Source: Candidatus Latescibacterota bacterium (GTDB lineage Bacteria > Latescibacterota > UBA2968 > UBA8231). Taken from it: a stretch of 64,000 bases of DNA. The stretch covers positions 1,344,001 through 1,408,000 of the forward strand of contig CBDCSU010000006.1 in NCBI GenBank assembly GCA_965221775.1. The letters are read 5' to 3'. Numbering within the stretch: the first letter of the stretch is position 1; every line of letters begins with the position of its first letter. The notes under the pieces are model-generated. The model was given only the letters and a program-made list of their open reading frames with translations. It was not told the DNA's origin and ran no database searches. The position numbers and the translations under genes are program-made. Of this stretch, positions 9,719-19,855 are shown piece after piece.

Positions 9719-11796
9719 GGGCCGGGGTCCTGATCCGCCTGGCCCTGGCGGCGCTCACGGGGCTGGCCTCCGCCGGCGCCCAGGAGCTGCGCTTCGGCCG
9801 GGACGGCAACATCACCTGGGAAGGGGAGGTCTCCGGGTTGGAGGGGGTGGCCACCATCCAACCCGAGTTCCGCCCCTCTCTCACGCCGGGGGTCACCGCC
9901 ATCGGGGTCGCCCCGGACGGCCGCGTCGAGCTGGCCCATGCCGACCATCCGCAGGCCATCCTGCCGGTGGAGCTGGACGCGGGCGAGAACCTGTCCGCCA
10001 GCCTCGTGGCCAACGGCGGCAACATCGTTTCCGAGACGTCCCTCGAGCTCGACAGGAGACTGCTGGCCGAGATCCTGCAGGGTCTGCTCACCCCCGAGAA
10101 GACGGGCACCGCCTTCGAGCGCAAGGGGGACAAGATCCAGGGCACCCTGCTGACCGTGGACCTGGGAGCCATCGTCGGCGTCAACCGCCTCCGCTTCTTC
10201 CCGCGCAACACCCTCCTGCCCTCGCCGACGACCCCCTTCCAGGACGACTTCCTGCGCAACTTCGAGGTGCGGATCCACGACGGTCTGCTCCTCAACGAGG
10301 CCGGACTTCCGGCCCTGGGCACCTGGGAGTCCTTCCTCACCGTGGAGGACAACTCGGAGCCGGTGACGGTGGTTGAGATCGATCCGCCCCGGTACCTGCG
10401 CTTCGTGCGCCTGCGGGCCACCTCCGCCATTCCCTACGAGGTCGAGAAGTTCCAGATCTTCGGCGAGGGGTTCTTCCCCTTCGCCCGCTACCTCTCGCCC
10501 GTGGTCGATCTGGGCACGCCCAGCAACTGGGGGCAGATCCGCTGGGACAGGAGCGTGACGGGAGACGAGGCTCTCACCGGTCTCGTCGTCCGCACCCGCA
10601 CCGGCAGCGACGACACCCCCTTCGTCTACAACCGCCGGGAGGTGGGCAACCCCAACGCCGAGGACATCCCCCGGTCCGTCGACAATCCGGGCGAGCCCCT
10701 CTCCCGCAAGGAGTTCCTCGACCTGCCCGCCGACGGCACGGCCGCCGACATCTGGGAGCGCGGCGCGATCGGGGACGACGTGGAGAACTGGAGCCCCTGG
10801 TCGCCGCCCTACCCGGTGGCCGAGGGCCTGAGCGCCGCGGGCACCCGCAACGTCTCCCCGGCGCCGCGGACCTACTTGCAGTTCCAGGTCGAGTTCCTCA
10901 GCCGGGGGCTGCATTCGAGCCAGATCCTCGAGGGCCTCTCCTTCGAGTTCACCCGGCCGGCCCTGGCCGACGCCCTCGTGGCCGAGATCTTCCCCCGCGA
11001 CGTGGAGGCCGCTCTGCCCACCGAGTTCCTGTACGCGGTGCGGGCCGACATGAGGCGCGCCGAGGTGCAGGGCTTCAACAGTTTCGAGCTGACCACCCAG
11101 GGCCGGGCCGAACGGGTCGAGGGGCTGGAGATCGTCGCCGCCGACGGGGCGGCGATCCTCGATCACGTCTTCGAGACGCAGGACGCGGTGACCGACGAAG
11201 GCGAGGCGGCCATCACCTCCTTCACCGACGAGGGGTTCACCGTCCGCTTCCCGCGGATCACCGAGGACGGCACGGTGCTCAAGATCCGCTTCGTCAACCA
11301 GGTCCTGGCCTACAGCAGCGACTTCGCGGGCCGGGCCCTCGTGGAGGGAACGGACGCCTTCCAGTGGGTGGAGGGCGGCGACGCCGGCTCCCTCGACGAG
11401 ACCGACGCGGCTTTCGAATCGGGCATCACCGTGCTCAGTCCGGGGGTGACCCGCGGCGGGCTCATCGGCGGCTTCTCCCTCGAGGCGCCCGTCCTCACCC
11501 CCAACGGCGACGGGGTGAACGACCGGCTGCGGCTGAGCTTCGAGGTGCTCACGGTGGTGGGCGAGGCCGATATCCAGGTAGCCCTCTTCGACCTCAGCGG
11601 CCGCCGGCTGGCGACGATCTTCGAGCACCAGGGCGGCAACGGCACCTACACCAGCGCCGGCTTCGCCGGCCTCGACTGGGAGGGCCGCGACGACCGGGGG
11701 AACCCGCTGCCGCCCGGACTCTACCTGGTGCAGCTGAAGGTGGACGGCGACGCGCGCTCCACCTCGGCGGCGCGCGCCGTGGGGGTCGCCTACTAG
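9715..11796 (+). CDS. Exported protein with discoidin-like region and C-terminal FlgD-Ig-like domain; paralog B1
   Basis: Signal peptide; VDLG..VNRLRFFPR; RTRTG; TPNGDGVND..LSF; WEGRDDRGNPLPPGLYLVQL; ends VGVAY. GTG start overlaps the upstream stop. Confidence 0.8.
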   Translation: MRAGVLIRLALAALTGLASAGAQELRFGRDGNITWEGEVSGLEGVATIQPEFRPSLTPGVTAIGVAPDGRVELAHADHPQAILPVELDAGENLSASLVANGGNIVSETSLELDRRLLAEILQGLLTPEKTGTAFERKGDKIQGTLLTVDLGAIVGVNRLRFFPRNTLLPSPTTPFQDDFLRNFEVRIHDGLLLNEAGLPALGTWESFLTVEDNSEPVTVVEIDPPRYLRFVRLRATSAIPYEVEKFQIFGEGFFPFARYLSPVVDLGTPSNWGQIRWDRSVTGDEALTGLVVRTRTGSDDTPFVYNRREVGNPNAEDIPRSVDNPGEPLSRKEFLDLPADGTAADIWERGAIGDDVENWSPWSPPYPVAEGLSAAGTRNVSPAPRTYLQFQVEFLSRGLHSSQILEGLSFEFTRPALADALVAEIFPRDVEAALPTEFLYAVRADMRRAEVQGFNSFELTTQGRAERVEGLEIVAADGAAILDHVFETQDAVTDEGEAAITSFTDEGFTVRFPRITEDGTVLKIRFVNQVLAYSSDFAGRALVEGTDAFQWVEGGDAGSLDETDAAFESGITVLSPGVTRGGLIGGFSLEAPVLTPNGDGVNDRLRLSFEVLTVVGEADIQVALFDLSGRRLATIFEHQGGNGTYTSAGFAGLDWEGRDDRGNPLPPGLYLVQLKVDGDARSTSAARAVGVAY

Positions 11797-11806
11797 CGGG
11801 CCGGCC

Positions 11807-14551
11807 ATGGGGAATCTTGTGAGCCAGAGAGGCGGCCGGGCGACGTGGAAGCGCTGGACGGGGATTCCGCGCCTGGTCTGCGTGCTCCTGGCAACCGGGG
11901 CCCTGGTCCCGCAAGCGGCGCCGGGCCAGGTCGACTACGGGGGCCGCCTCGGCCAGGCGCAGGCGGGGGTGCGCGGCTTCGAGCCCCGCGGACCCATGGT
12001 CCTGATGGAGGCCGTCGATCCGGTGGTGCGCAAGTGGTACGTGCCGCAGGAGCTCTACTCGCAGGCCGGGCTCTGGCAGTGGGAGACCACCTCCTACGCC
12101 CGCCAGCCGTACGAGCGTTACGTGGACACCGCCCTCGAGGGCGACTTGTTCTACGATCTCTACGGCAACCTGCTCACCCGGGGGTGGCTGCTCTACAACA
12201 CCAGCCAGACGACCCCGCTCGAGAGCGGGCACGTCTTCTTCGAGGCCCAGAGGATGGCGGAGTGGTTCTCCAACGTCGCCGTCGCCTCCGAGAGCAAGGG
12301 CCAGTACCACTTCGCCCTCACCGCGGGCCGGGACCTGCGCACCACCCTGACGCCGCTGGTGTTCTCCAAACCCCGGTTCAGCGGCGTGCAGCTCGACTTC
12401 GCCACCGACAAGTACATGGCGACCCTGCTCTACTCGCAGGGCGGCATCGGCGGCCAGTCGGACCTCAGGCCCCGCACCGACGTGACCACCATCATGGGCG
12501 GCCGCTTCCTGACCCAGGTGGGCGACTTCGTCGAGGTGGGGGTCCACATGGCCAACGCCCACCAGTCCAACAGCCTCAACAGCCGGCTCATGGACAACCT
12601 GCTCTCCGGCTCGCTGCAGCAATCGAAGAACGACCTGGTCTCCTCCATCGAGATCGTCCTGCGCGACGACTCCCCCGAGGATCCCGCCAGCGGCGCCGCC
12701 TGGTTCCCGGCCGGTTCGGACATCCTCATCACCTATCTCGACGGCAGCACCGACAGCGGCAGGGACATCCGCTTCGAACCCGTCGTCTCGGGAGGGACCC
12801 CCCGCGAGGGCTTCCTCACCGCCGCCGGCAGCAACGAGATCCGCCTCACCTGGGACTTCACCGATCCCGCCTTCGTCGGCCGGGCGCGGGCGGACCGCAG
12901 CGAGATCGCCAAGGTCGAGTTCCACCTGACCCTGGCCAACGACTACCAGATCTGGATGACCTCCGACCGCCAGACCGGCCGCCAGGGCACGCCCGTGCTG
13001 CTCATGGTGGAGCGGGCCGAGGGCAACGTCAGCGACGGCTCCAACCTGCGCGTGGTGCGCTTCCAGTACGGGCTGCCCACCGCCACCCACCTCGTGGGCA
13101 GCACCCTGAAGGTGAGCGACCTGTGGGGCCTCGACCTCTACGGCGAGTACGACCTGGGGTGGAGCTACCGCAAGTACCCCAACCCCCTCGCCGAGAAACA
13201 CGAGGTCTCCTCCGGCATCGCCGGCAAGGCGGCGCGGCCGGCGTGGATGCTCAACCTGGGCCGGACGGCCGCCCCCTTCTTCTTCTATGGCGAGGCGTAC
13301 TCCATCGACCCGCTTTACAACACCCAGACCTTCGTCACCTCCGCCGACGGCAGCGTGTCCTACGATGACGACCGCCTGAAGATGGAACTGGTGGACGACA
13401 ACGACGACCAGGACCGGCTGCCCGACCTGTTCCGCTTCGACACCGTGGCCCAGGGCGCGGTCGGTCCCTTCTCCAGGGGGGAAGGCGGCGTCGACTACCG
13501 CGTCTTCCCCGGCTGGGACCTCAACAATGACTTCATCCCCGACTACAACCAGAACGACAACCGGATCCGCCCGAACATCGTCCCCGACTACGAGGAGCCC
13601 TTCCTGCGCTTCGCCTCGGACCGGCCGGAGTTTCTCCTCGGCGTCGACATGAACCACAACTTCTGGGTCGACCGCTTCGAGAACGACGACGAGCCCGACT
13701 ACCCCTACCGCCGCGACCGCAGGGGGTTCAACCTCTTCGGCGGGATCCGCCCGGCCCCGGGCCTGGAGGTCAAGGCCGGAACCCTCCGCGAGGAGTCGAT
13801 CGCATCGGCCCGGAGCAACCACAGCGACTACGCGGTCATCGGATACGACCGGATCTCCGCGCGCTGGGGACGGCTCCGGCTCTTCCAGACCCTGGAGTCG
13901 GTCCGCGACGACATCCCCGATCCGCTGCTGCAGTGGACGCCCGACAACACCCTCAACGGCGGGCGGGTGACGCCGGTGGAGGACCCGCTGCTGGCCCGGG
14001 ACACCTGGATCCACCGGTCCTTCCTCGGCCACCACCACCAGGCGGGCGGCCTCTTCCTGCAGAGCAAGCTCAGCTACCTGCGCTACGTGCAGCGGCTCGA
14101 GGAGGAGGAGCGGCTGCGTCACGGCCTCGGCGAGTCCGACCACTTCCTCGGCCTCGTCAACAAGGCCGCCTACAGCTACCGCCTGGGGGCGCTGGAGCTG
14201 GTGCCGCGCTGGAAGAGCGAGTACATCAGCCAGAGCCGCGATCTCTTCAGCGACGCGCGGCGGACCACCCTGACCCAGCTGCTCTCCGGACTGGTGGTGG
14301 TTCCCCTGCTGCGCGCCACCACCCTTCAGGGCGGGATCGAGTACCTCCTCTCCCGCGACCTGGAGGGCCGGGCCGGCGACTTCACCGGCGTATCCACGGG
14401 CCTGCAGCTGACCAGCACCTCGGCCTACCAGGGCTACCAGGTGTGGTTCATCACCGGTTTCGTGGTAGAGCGCACCACCCCCCGCGAGGAGGAAGCCTTC
14501 ACCCGGGTGCAGTCCTTCATCACCGTGTACGCCGGACTGGGGAGATCGTGA
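11807..14551 (+). CDS. Large exported protein (914 aa), probable outer-membrane beta-barrel; paralog A2
   Basis: Shares RKWYVPQELY, YGN.LTRGWL.YN, FSKPRF.G.Q.D, SSIEIVLRDDSP, GVDMNHNFWVD and PRWKSEY with 5058..7730; ends FITVYAGLGRS. Confidence 0.75.
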   Translation: MGNLVSQRGGRATWKRWTGIPRLVCVLLATGALVPQAAPGQVDYGGRLGQAQAGVRGFEPRGPMVLMEAVDPVVRKWYVPQELYSQAGLWQWETTSYARQPYERYVDTALEGDLFYDLYGNLLTRGWLLYNTSQTTPLESGHVFFEAQRMAEWFSNVAVASESKGQYHFALTAGRDLRTTLTPLVFSKPRFSGVQLDFATDKYMATLLYSQGGIGGQSDLRPRTDVTTIMGGRFLTQVGDFVEVGVHMANAHQSNSLNSRLMDNLLSGSLQQSKNDLVSSIEIVLRDDSPEDPASGAAWFPAGSDILITYLDGSTDSGRDIRFEPVVSGGTPREGFLTAAGSNEIRLTWDFTDPAFVGRARADRSEIAKVEFHLTLANDYQIWMTSDRQTGRQGTPVLLMVERAEGNVSDGSNLRVVRFQYGLPTATHLVGSTLKVSDLWGLDLYGEYDLGWSYRKYPNPLAEKHEVSSGIAGKAARPAWMLNLGRTAAPFFFYGEAYSIDPLYNTQTFVTSADGSVSYDDDRLKMELVDDNDDQDRLPDLFRFDTVAQGAVGPFSRGEGGVDYRVFPGWDLNNDFIPDYNQNDNRIRPNIVPDYEEPFLRFASDRPEFLLGVDMNHNFWVDRFENDDEPDYPYRRDRRGFNLFGGIRPAPGLEVKAGTLREESIASARSNHSDYAVIGYDRISARWGRLRLFQTLESVRDDIPDPLLQWTPDNTLNGGRVTPVEDPLLARDTWIHRSFLGHHHQAGGLFLQSKLSYLRYVQRLEEEERLRHGLGESDHFLGLVNKAAYSYRLGALELVPRWKSEYISQSRDLFSDARRTTLTQLLSGLVVVPLLRATTLQGGIEYLLSRDLEGRAGDFTGVSTGLQLTSTSAYQGYQVWFITGFVVERTTPREEEAFTRVQSFITVYAGLGRS

Positions 14552-17500
14552 TGACCGCATGGCGGAGGGCCGCGGGCTCCCTTTGGGGCCTTCTCCCGCT
14601 CTGGGGCCTGCTCGGGAGCGGCCCCCTCCTCGCGCAGAACGGCTACGACGTGCGCGGCGGCCAGGTCGTCGTCGACCGGGCGCGGCACTGGGAGGCCTGG
14701 ACCATGCCCACCCACCTGGTCCGCCTGGAGCGGGACGGCACGGTGCGCTCCCGGGAGTTCCGCACCGTCTACGAGCTGCTGTCGGACCAGTCCTTCGGCC
14801 GCCCCGTGGTCCTCACCCGCGATGCTCCCCGCATCGCCAACATGGACAGCACCGTCCGGCGGGACTTCCGCGGAGATCCGGTCCGCGATCTGACCGACAA
14901 CCTCGTCTACGACCACGTGGTCCGCCCCGGGGCGAGCCGTGCCGGATCCAACCCGCACCTGATGCACTACCTCGTCGACGGCGATCCGACGACGTTCTGG
15001 GAGCCCGACCTCGACGACCCGCCCGAGGACTGGTGGGTCGAGGTGGGCCTGGGCCGCCCGGTGCCCCTCGAGAGGCTCCGCCTGTCCTTCGCCGAGGAGG
15101 GGCTGGGGGATCCCTTCTACCGGTTCCTCATCCTCCTGGGGCCGGCCCAGGGCTCCTACGTGGACGACATGCCGCGCAACACGGATGTCTTCATCCCCTT
15201 CGACGGGGTGAACACCGACCGGCGCACATTCGTCTTCGACGCCGAACGAGTCAGCGAATACCTGCCCGCTGACCCCTGGACCGACCCCGACCGGCGCCTG
15301 CCCATCCACGACAGCTACAAGGGGTCGAGCACCTACCTGGGGGTCGGCGAGCCCAGTCCGGATTGGGACGGCAAGCTGGTGGAGATGATCCGCATCGTCG
15401 TCACCGACACCCGGGGCGGCCGGGCCGAGGAGATCGGGGAGGATGAATGGCAGGCCCTGCCGGCGGCCGAGCGCGGCGACATCGTCCACTTCCTGAGGGA
15501 TGGAGACTTCGAGGAGCCCGTCTCCGAGGAGACTTGGCTCTCCCTGCCAGAGGACCGCCGGGGAGGACGGGTCCACTACCGCCGCGAGCTGCCGAGGCTG
15601 GCCGAGGTCGAGGGCTGGGGCCAGGGCGACGACCTGGGAATCGAGTTCCTCTCCGGGGGCGGCAGCGTGGTGGAGACCTCCACCTCCGGCCAGCCGGGTT
15701 TCATGTTCGACGGGAGCTACGGGAGCCACAACCATGTGAGCACCTACATCGTTTCCGAGCCCGGCCGGAACACGATCACCATCGACCTCGGCGGCACGGT
15801 GTGGCTGAAGGAGGTCCGCACCGTCGGCTTCAACCCGCCCCGGGGCTACCGCCTGCGCAGCTCCATCGGGGCCCGCGACGCCCAGGGCAACCTCCAGTGG
15901 GACCAGTTCTCCTCCGCCGAGCGGGAGGCCAACCTGCACAATGGCCACTTCCGCCTCCTGGCGGACCTCCTGGAACCCTCGCGCCGCGTGCGCTTCCTCG
16001 AGCTGATCGCCTTCGCCCTTCCCGACGACGCCGGCGAGCTGACCTCGCGCTACTGGCCGCGGATCCGGCTGATATGGCTCTTCGCCGAGGGCCCTGCCGC
16101 GGAGGCGGTCCTCGAGTCCGACCTCATCGAGCTGCCCGGAGAGGTCACCCTCGGGGCGGTCCGCTGGGAGGCCGACGAGCCCCCCGGGGCCGAGGTACAG
16201 ATCCGCACCCGCACCGGCGACCAGCTGCTGGAGCGCATCCGCTACTTCGACACCGACGGCAACGAGAAGACGGCGTCCCAGTACAAGCGGCTCTCCTTCA
16301 CCCGCAAGGGCCCGGTCGACACCTCGTACGTGGCCGGTCCCGGATGGAGTTCCTGGAGCCGCAAGTACGAACGCCCGGGCGATCCGGCCACCTCTCCCGG
16401 GCTGCGCCGGTTCATGAGGATCCAGGCGCGCCTGGTCAATCACGACCGCGCGTCGGTACCCGCCATCCGGCGGATCAGCGTCGATCTGAAGACACCCGTG
16501 GCCCAGCGCCTGGGGGCCGAGGTCTGGCCCGACCTGGCCGCCGCCGGCCGGCCCGACACCTTCGAGGTCTTCCTGCAGCCCGGCTTCCTCGAGGGGGCCT
16601 CCGGCAGCCAGAGCCCCGGCTTCGACGAGCTCCTCCTGCGGGCGGACCCGCCCATCGACCTGCGCCTGATCGACCTGGCGGCCGGCACCGAGGAGGAGCT
16701 CTCCCGAAACGAGCCCGACCTGCTCTTCGACCGACCCCACGCCGACGGCCTCCAGGACGCCGAGGGGCGGCTCCTGCGGGTCCTCGGCCAGAGGGACTCC
16801 CTCTGGCTGCGGCTGCCCGAGCCGGTCCGGAGCGCCCCCGAGGATCTGCTCCCCCGGACCTTCTACCGCCGTCTCGCGCCCGGCGACGAGGTCCCCGCCG
16901 GTCTCGACGGGCACCTGCTGACGCAGAACGGCTACAACGAGCTGCCCGAGGACGAGCAGGGCGCGATCCGCTGGTTCCGGCGCGACGGCGATGAGCTGGA
17001 GGAGGTGGACGCCGCCGCCTGGGAGGAGCTGCCCGAGGAGGAGAGGGGCCCCGTGCGGTTCTACAGAGTCGTCACCAGCCTCGGCGAGCAGACGGTGTAC
17101 ACCGCCCTCGGAGACTCGCTGAGCGATCGCCAGTACGGTCGTCTGAGGGCCGCGGACCGCGGCCGGGTGATCGGTCCCGGGAGGCTGTTGCGGGTGCGCT
17201 TCGCCTCCGCCGTCTACCTGCCCAGCACGCTGCTGGATCTGGCGGTCCGCAACAGCGGCCTGGACACCCCCTGGCAGGGGGCCGCCGGGGAGGACGTCAC
17301 CGGCCTGCGGCCGGCCAACTCCCTGGCCATCCGCGCCGACGAGATCGGCCGCATCGTCGACGATCTCGCCATCGCCCCCAACCCCTTCACGCCCAACGGC
17401 GACGGCATCAACGACGAGGCCGAGATCCGCTTTTCCCTGCTGTCCTTGGCCGCCGCCCGCCCGGTGCAGGTGCGCATTTACTCCCTGGGCGGCCGGCTCG

Positions 17501-17673
17501 TCCGCCGCCTGGAACTCGACCTGCTGGGAGGGCCGCAGACCGTCGTCTGGGACGGCCGCGAGGACGGCGGCGCCCTGGCGCCCCCCGGTCTCTATCTCTG
17601 CCAGGTGGGCGCCCTGGCGGACTCCGAGGCCGGGAGGCGGAAGCGATCCCGCGTGATCGCCCTGGCCTATTGA
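14551..17673 (+). CDS. Exported protein (1040 aa) with C-terminal FlgD-Ig-like domain; paralog B2
   Basis: ATG 14551 overlaps the upstream TGA. Signal peptide; DGDPTTFW (discoidin-like); RTRTG; PNPFTPNGDGIND; WDGREDGG..APPGLYL; ends IALAY. Confidence 0.8.
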   Translation: MTAWRRAAGSLWGLLPLWGLLGSGPLLAQNGYDVRGGQVVVDRARHWEAWTMPTHLVRLERDGTVRSREFRTVYELLSDQSFGRPVVLTRDAPRIANMDSTVRRDFRGDPVRDLTDNLVYDHVVRPGASRAGSNPHLMHYLVDGDPTTFWEPDLDDPPEDWWVEVGLGRPVPLERLRLSFAEEGLGDPFYRFLILLGPAQGSYVDDMPRNTDVFIPFDGVNTDRRTFVFDAERVSEYLPADPWTDPDRRLPIHDSYKGSSTYLGVGEPSPDWDGKLVEMIRIVVTDTRGGRAEEIGEDEWQALPAAERGDIVHFLRDGDFEEPVSEETWLSLPEDRRGGRVHYRRELPRLAEVEGWGQGDDLGIEFLSGGGSVVETSTSGQPGFMFDGSYGSHNHVSTYIVSEPGRNTITIDLGGTVWLKEVRTVGFNPPRGYRLRSSIGARDAQGNLQWDQFSSAEREANLHNGHFRLLADLLEPSRRVRFLELIAFALPDDAGELTSRYWPRIRLIWLFAEGPAAEAVLESDLIELPGEVTLGAVRWEADEPPGAEVQIRTRTGDQLLERIRYFDTDGNEKTASQYKRLSFTRKGPVDTSYVAGPGWSSWSRKYERPGDPATSPGLRRFMRIQARLVNHDRASVPAIRRISVDLKTPVAQRLGAEVWPDLAAAGRPDTFEVFLQPGFLEGASGSQSPGFDELLLRADPPIDLRLIDLAAGTEEELSRNEPDLLFDRPHADGLQDAEGRLLRVLGQRDSLWLRLPEPVRSAPEDLLPRTFYRRLAPGDEVPAGLDGHLLTQNGYNELPEDEQGAIRWFRRDGDELEEVDAAAWEELPEEERGPVRFYRVVTSLGEQTVYTALGDSLSDRQYGRLRAADRGRVIGPGRLLRVRFASAVYLPSTLLDLAVRNSGLDTPWQGAAGEDVTGLRPANSLAIRADEIGRIVDDLAIAPNPFTPNGDGINDEAEIRFSLLSLAAARPVQVRIYSLGGRLVRRLELDLLGGPQTVVWDGREDGGALAPPGLYLCQVGALADSEAGRRKRSRVIALAY

Positions 17674-17689
17674 CGAGGGGCCTGTAACC

Positions 17690-19855
17690 ATGATCAACCG
17701 CATCGGATTCGCCGCCGCCGCCCTGCTGCTCTCCCTGGCCGGCACCCTCTGGGCACGGGCGGAGTTCCACCTGGGATCCGGAGCGAACGACTGGCAGCGC
17801 TTCGCCGTCCCCGAGGAGGAGGAACCCGCGGGAGCCTATGTGACGGTGGACTCGGCCGGGAACGTGCTCCAGGAGCACCCGGTGAGGTCCATCGAGGAGG
17901 AAGGGGGCGGGACCTTCCTCCTGGAATACAACTACCGAGGGCCTGATCTGCCCGACATGGAGGGTGGCATGCTCCGGGCGGAATGGATCGATCCCATGGT
18001 GAACCTCGCCCGGGACAGCGTCCTCTTCGCGCGGGGGGGCAACGTCTACCACGGCCACAACACCAGCCGATTCCCCACCGGGGACCTGCTGCTGCCCCTC
18101 GACGGAGACCCCACCACCGCGCGCCTGATCCTGCTCGAGGACAACCCCCTCCTGGCGGTGCCCCTGGTCCGCGGCGGGGTGTACCTGGGGGCCCAGTCCT
18201 CGGCGGTGATCCTCAATCTGGGCAAGCAGACACCCATCAACCGGGTCCGCGTCTACCCGCGGCTGGGCCGCCTCGACGACGCCGCCGCCATCGCCGCCAT
18301 GGCGGAGCCGAAGCCCGACCCCGAGTTGTTCGGGGAGACCAGTTTCGCCGACAACTACCTCGAGTGGTACGAGATCGCGGTGACCGACAACGACGCCCCC
18401 ATCAAGGAGTTTCCCGGCGGCGGCATGGGGGCCCGCCCGGGCCAGGGGCAGTTCAAGCGCTACTCCGAGACCACCGGGTACGTCGACTCGGCCGCCACCG
18501 ACCCGAACTTCGACGCCCTGATCCAGACCCGGGAGAACCTCGAGCCGGTGATCGATCTCCGGTTCCCCGTGCGCCACGAGCGCTTCGTCTCGGTGCGCCC
18601 CTATATCCCGGAGCGGACCTGGGAGATGGCGGAGATCGAGGTCTACGGCGAGGGCTACGTGCGCCGCTCCGTCTACCGCTCGCAGATCCTGGACTTCGGC
18701 CAGCCCGTCTCCTGGAGCAAGATCCGCTGGAGGTCGGAGCGCCCCCCGGGCACCGGGATCGAGGTGCGCACCCGCACCGGGAACACCCCGAGCCCCGACA
18801 TCTTCCTGCGGCGCGGCGTGAGCGGGCGGTACCAGCCCATCGACTGGCTCAGCTTTCAGCAGAAGCTGACCTCGGGAGAGGTCCGGCGCGTCACCGACGT
18901 GGAGAACTGGAGCTTCTGGTCGGCCACCTACGACTTTGCGTCGGGCGAGCGCGGCGACGGTCCCGCCGCCGCCTGGACCGACGGCACGCCGCTGCTCTCT
19001 CCCGGTCCGAGCCGCTATTTCCAGTTCGAGGTCGTGCTGCTGGCCGCCAGCGACCGAACCCCGGTACTCCACGATCTGTCCCTGCTGTTCTCCGAGGCGC
19101 CCGCGGCCTCCCAGGTGATCGCCGAGATCTGGCCCATCGAGGTGGACGGCTTCGAGCCCCATGCTTTCACCTACGTGGTCAAGCCCATCCTCCGCGACGG
19201 CAACCGCGGCTTCGACCGCCTGGAGATTCTCACCGGCGGGCCCGCCGTGGCGGTGACCTCGGTGCGCGTGGGCGGGGAGGAGGTCATGGACCGGTTTCCG
19301 CCCGAGGTCCTGGAGGACCGGATCCTCCTCTCCTTCGACCGGCTGGAGGACCCGGGGCGCGACAGCGAGAAGCGCATCGAGGTGGAGTTCAGGGCCCGCG
19401 TCCTGCGTTTCGGGGCCGAGTTCAGCGGCTGGGTCTACGACAGCCGCGAGCCGGACCTGAAGCAGAGCGTGACCCCCGGCAACGCCACGGTCCGCTTCGT
19501 CGGCGACGGGCTCTCGGTGCGCACCCCCACCGACGGCGGCCTGCTGCAGCGGCTCCACATCCGGCCCGCCGTCTTCACCCCCAACGGGGACGGCATCAAC
19601 GATGAGGCGATCCTCTCCTTCGACCTGCGGGACCTCACCGAGGCCCGCCCCGTGGAGGTCCGGATCCTGACCCTGGACGGCCGCCTGGTGCGGCGGCTGC
19701 AAGCCTCGATGGCCAGCGGCCACTTCGTCCACCGTTGGAACGGCCGCGACGATGCCGGCAGCCCGGCGCCGCCGGGGGTATACCTTGCCCAGGTCCGGCT
19801 GGAGAGCGACGAGGGGCGCAGGACGGCCACCCGCCTCCTCTCCCTGGCCTACTGA
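17690..19855 (+). CDS. Exported protein with C-terminal FlgD-Ig-like domain; paralog B3
   Basis: Signal peptide; DGDPTT; RTRTG; SPGPSRYFQF; AEIWP; FTPNGDGIND; WNGRDDAG..APPGVYL; ends LSLAY. Confidence 0.8.
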   Translation: MINRIGFAAAALLLSLAGTLWARAEFHLGSGANDWQRFAVPEEEEPAGAYVTVDSAGNVLQEHPVRSIEEEGGGTFLLEYNYRGPDLPDMEGGMLRAEWIDPMVNLARDSVLFARGGNVYHGHNTSRFPTGDLLLPLDGDPTTARLILLEDNPLLAVPLVRGGVYLGAQSSAVILNLGKQTPINRVRVYPRLGRLDDAAAIAAMAEPKPDPELFGETSFADNYLEWYEIAVTDNDAPIKEFPGGGMGARPGQGQFKRYSETTGYVDSAATDPNFDALIQTRENLEPVIDLRFPVRHERFVSVRPYIPERTWEMAEIEVYGEGYVRRSVYRSQILDFGQPVSWSKIRWRSERPPGTGIEVRTRTGNTPSPDIFLRRGVSGRYQPIDWLSFQQKLTSGEVRRVTDVENWSFWSATYDFASGERGDGPAAAWTDGTPLLSPGPSRYFQFEVVLLAASDRTPVLHDLSLLFSEAPAASQVIAEIWPIEVDGFEPHAFTYVVKPILRDGNRGFDRLEILTGGPAVAVTSVRVGGEEVMDRFPPEVLEDRILLSFDRLEDPGRDSEKRIEVEFRARVLRFGAEFSGWVYDSREPDLKQSVTPGNATVRFVGDGLSVRTPTDGGLLQRLHIRPAVFTPNGDGINDEAILSFDLRDLTEARPVEVRILTLDGRLVRRLQASMASGHFVHRWNGRDDAGSPAPPGVYLAQVRLESDEGRRTATRLLSLAY

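Noticed and set aside
9715-19855. Call as flagellar hook-capping FlgD or gliding-motility genes
   Set aside because: Only the C-terminal Ig-like domain resembles FlgD; no flagellar or Gld/Por genes are in the window.
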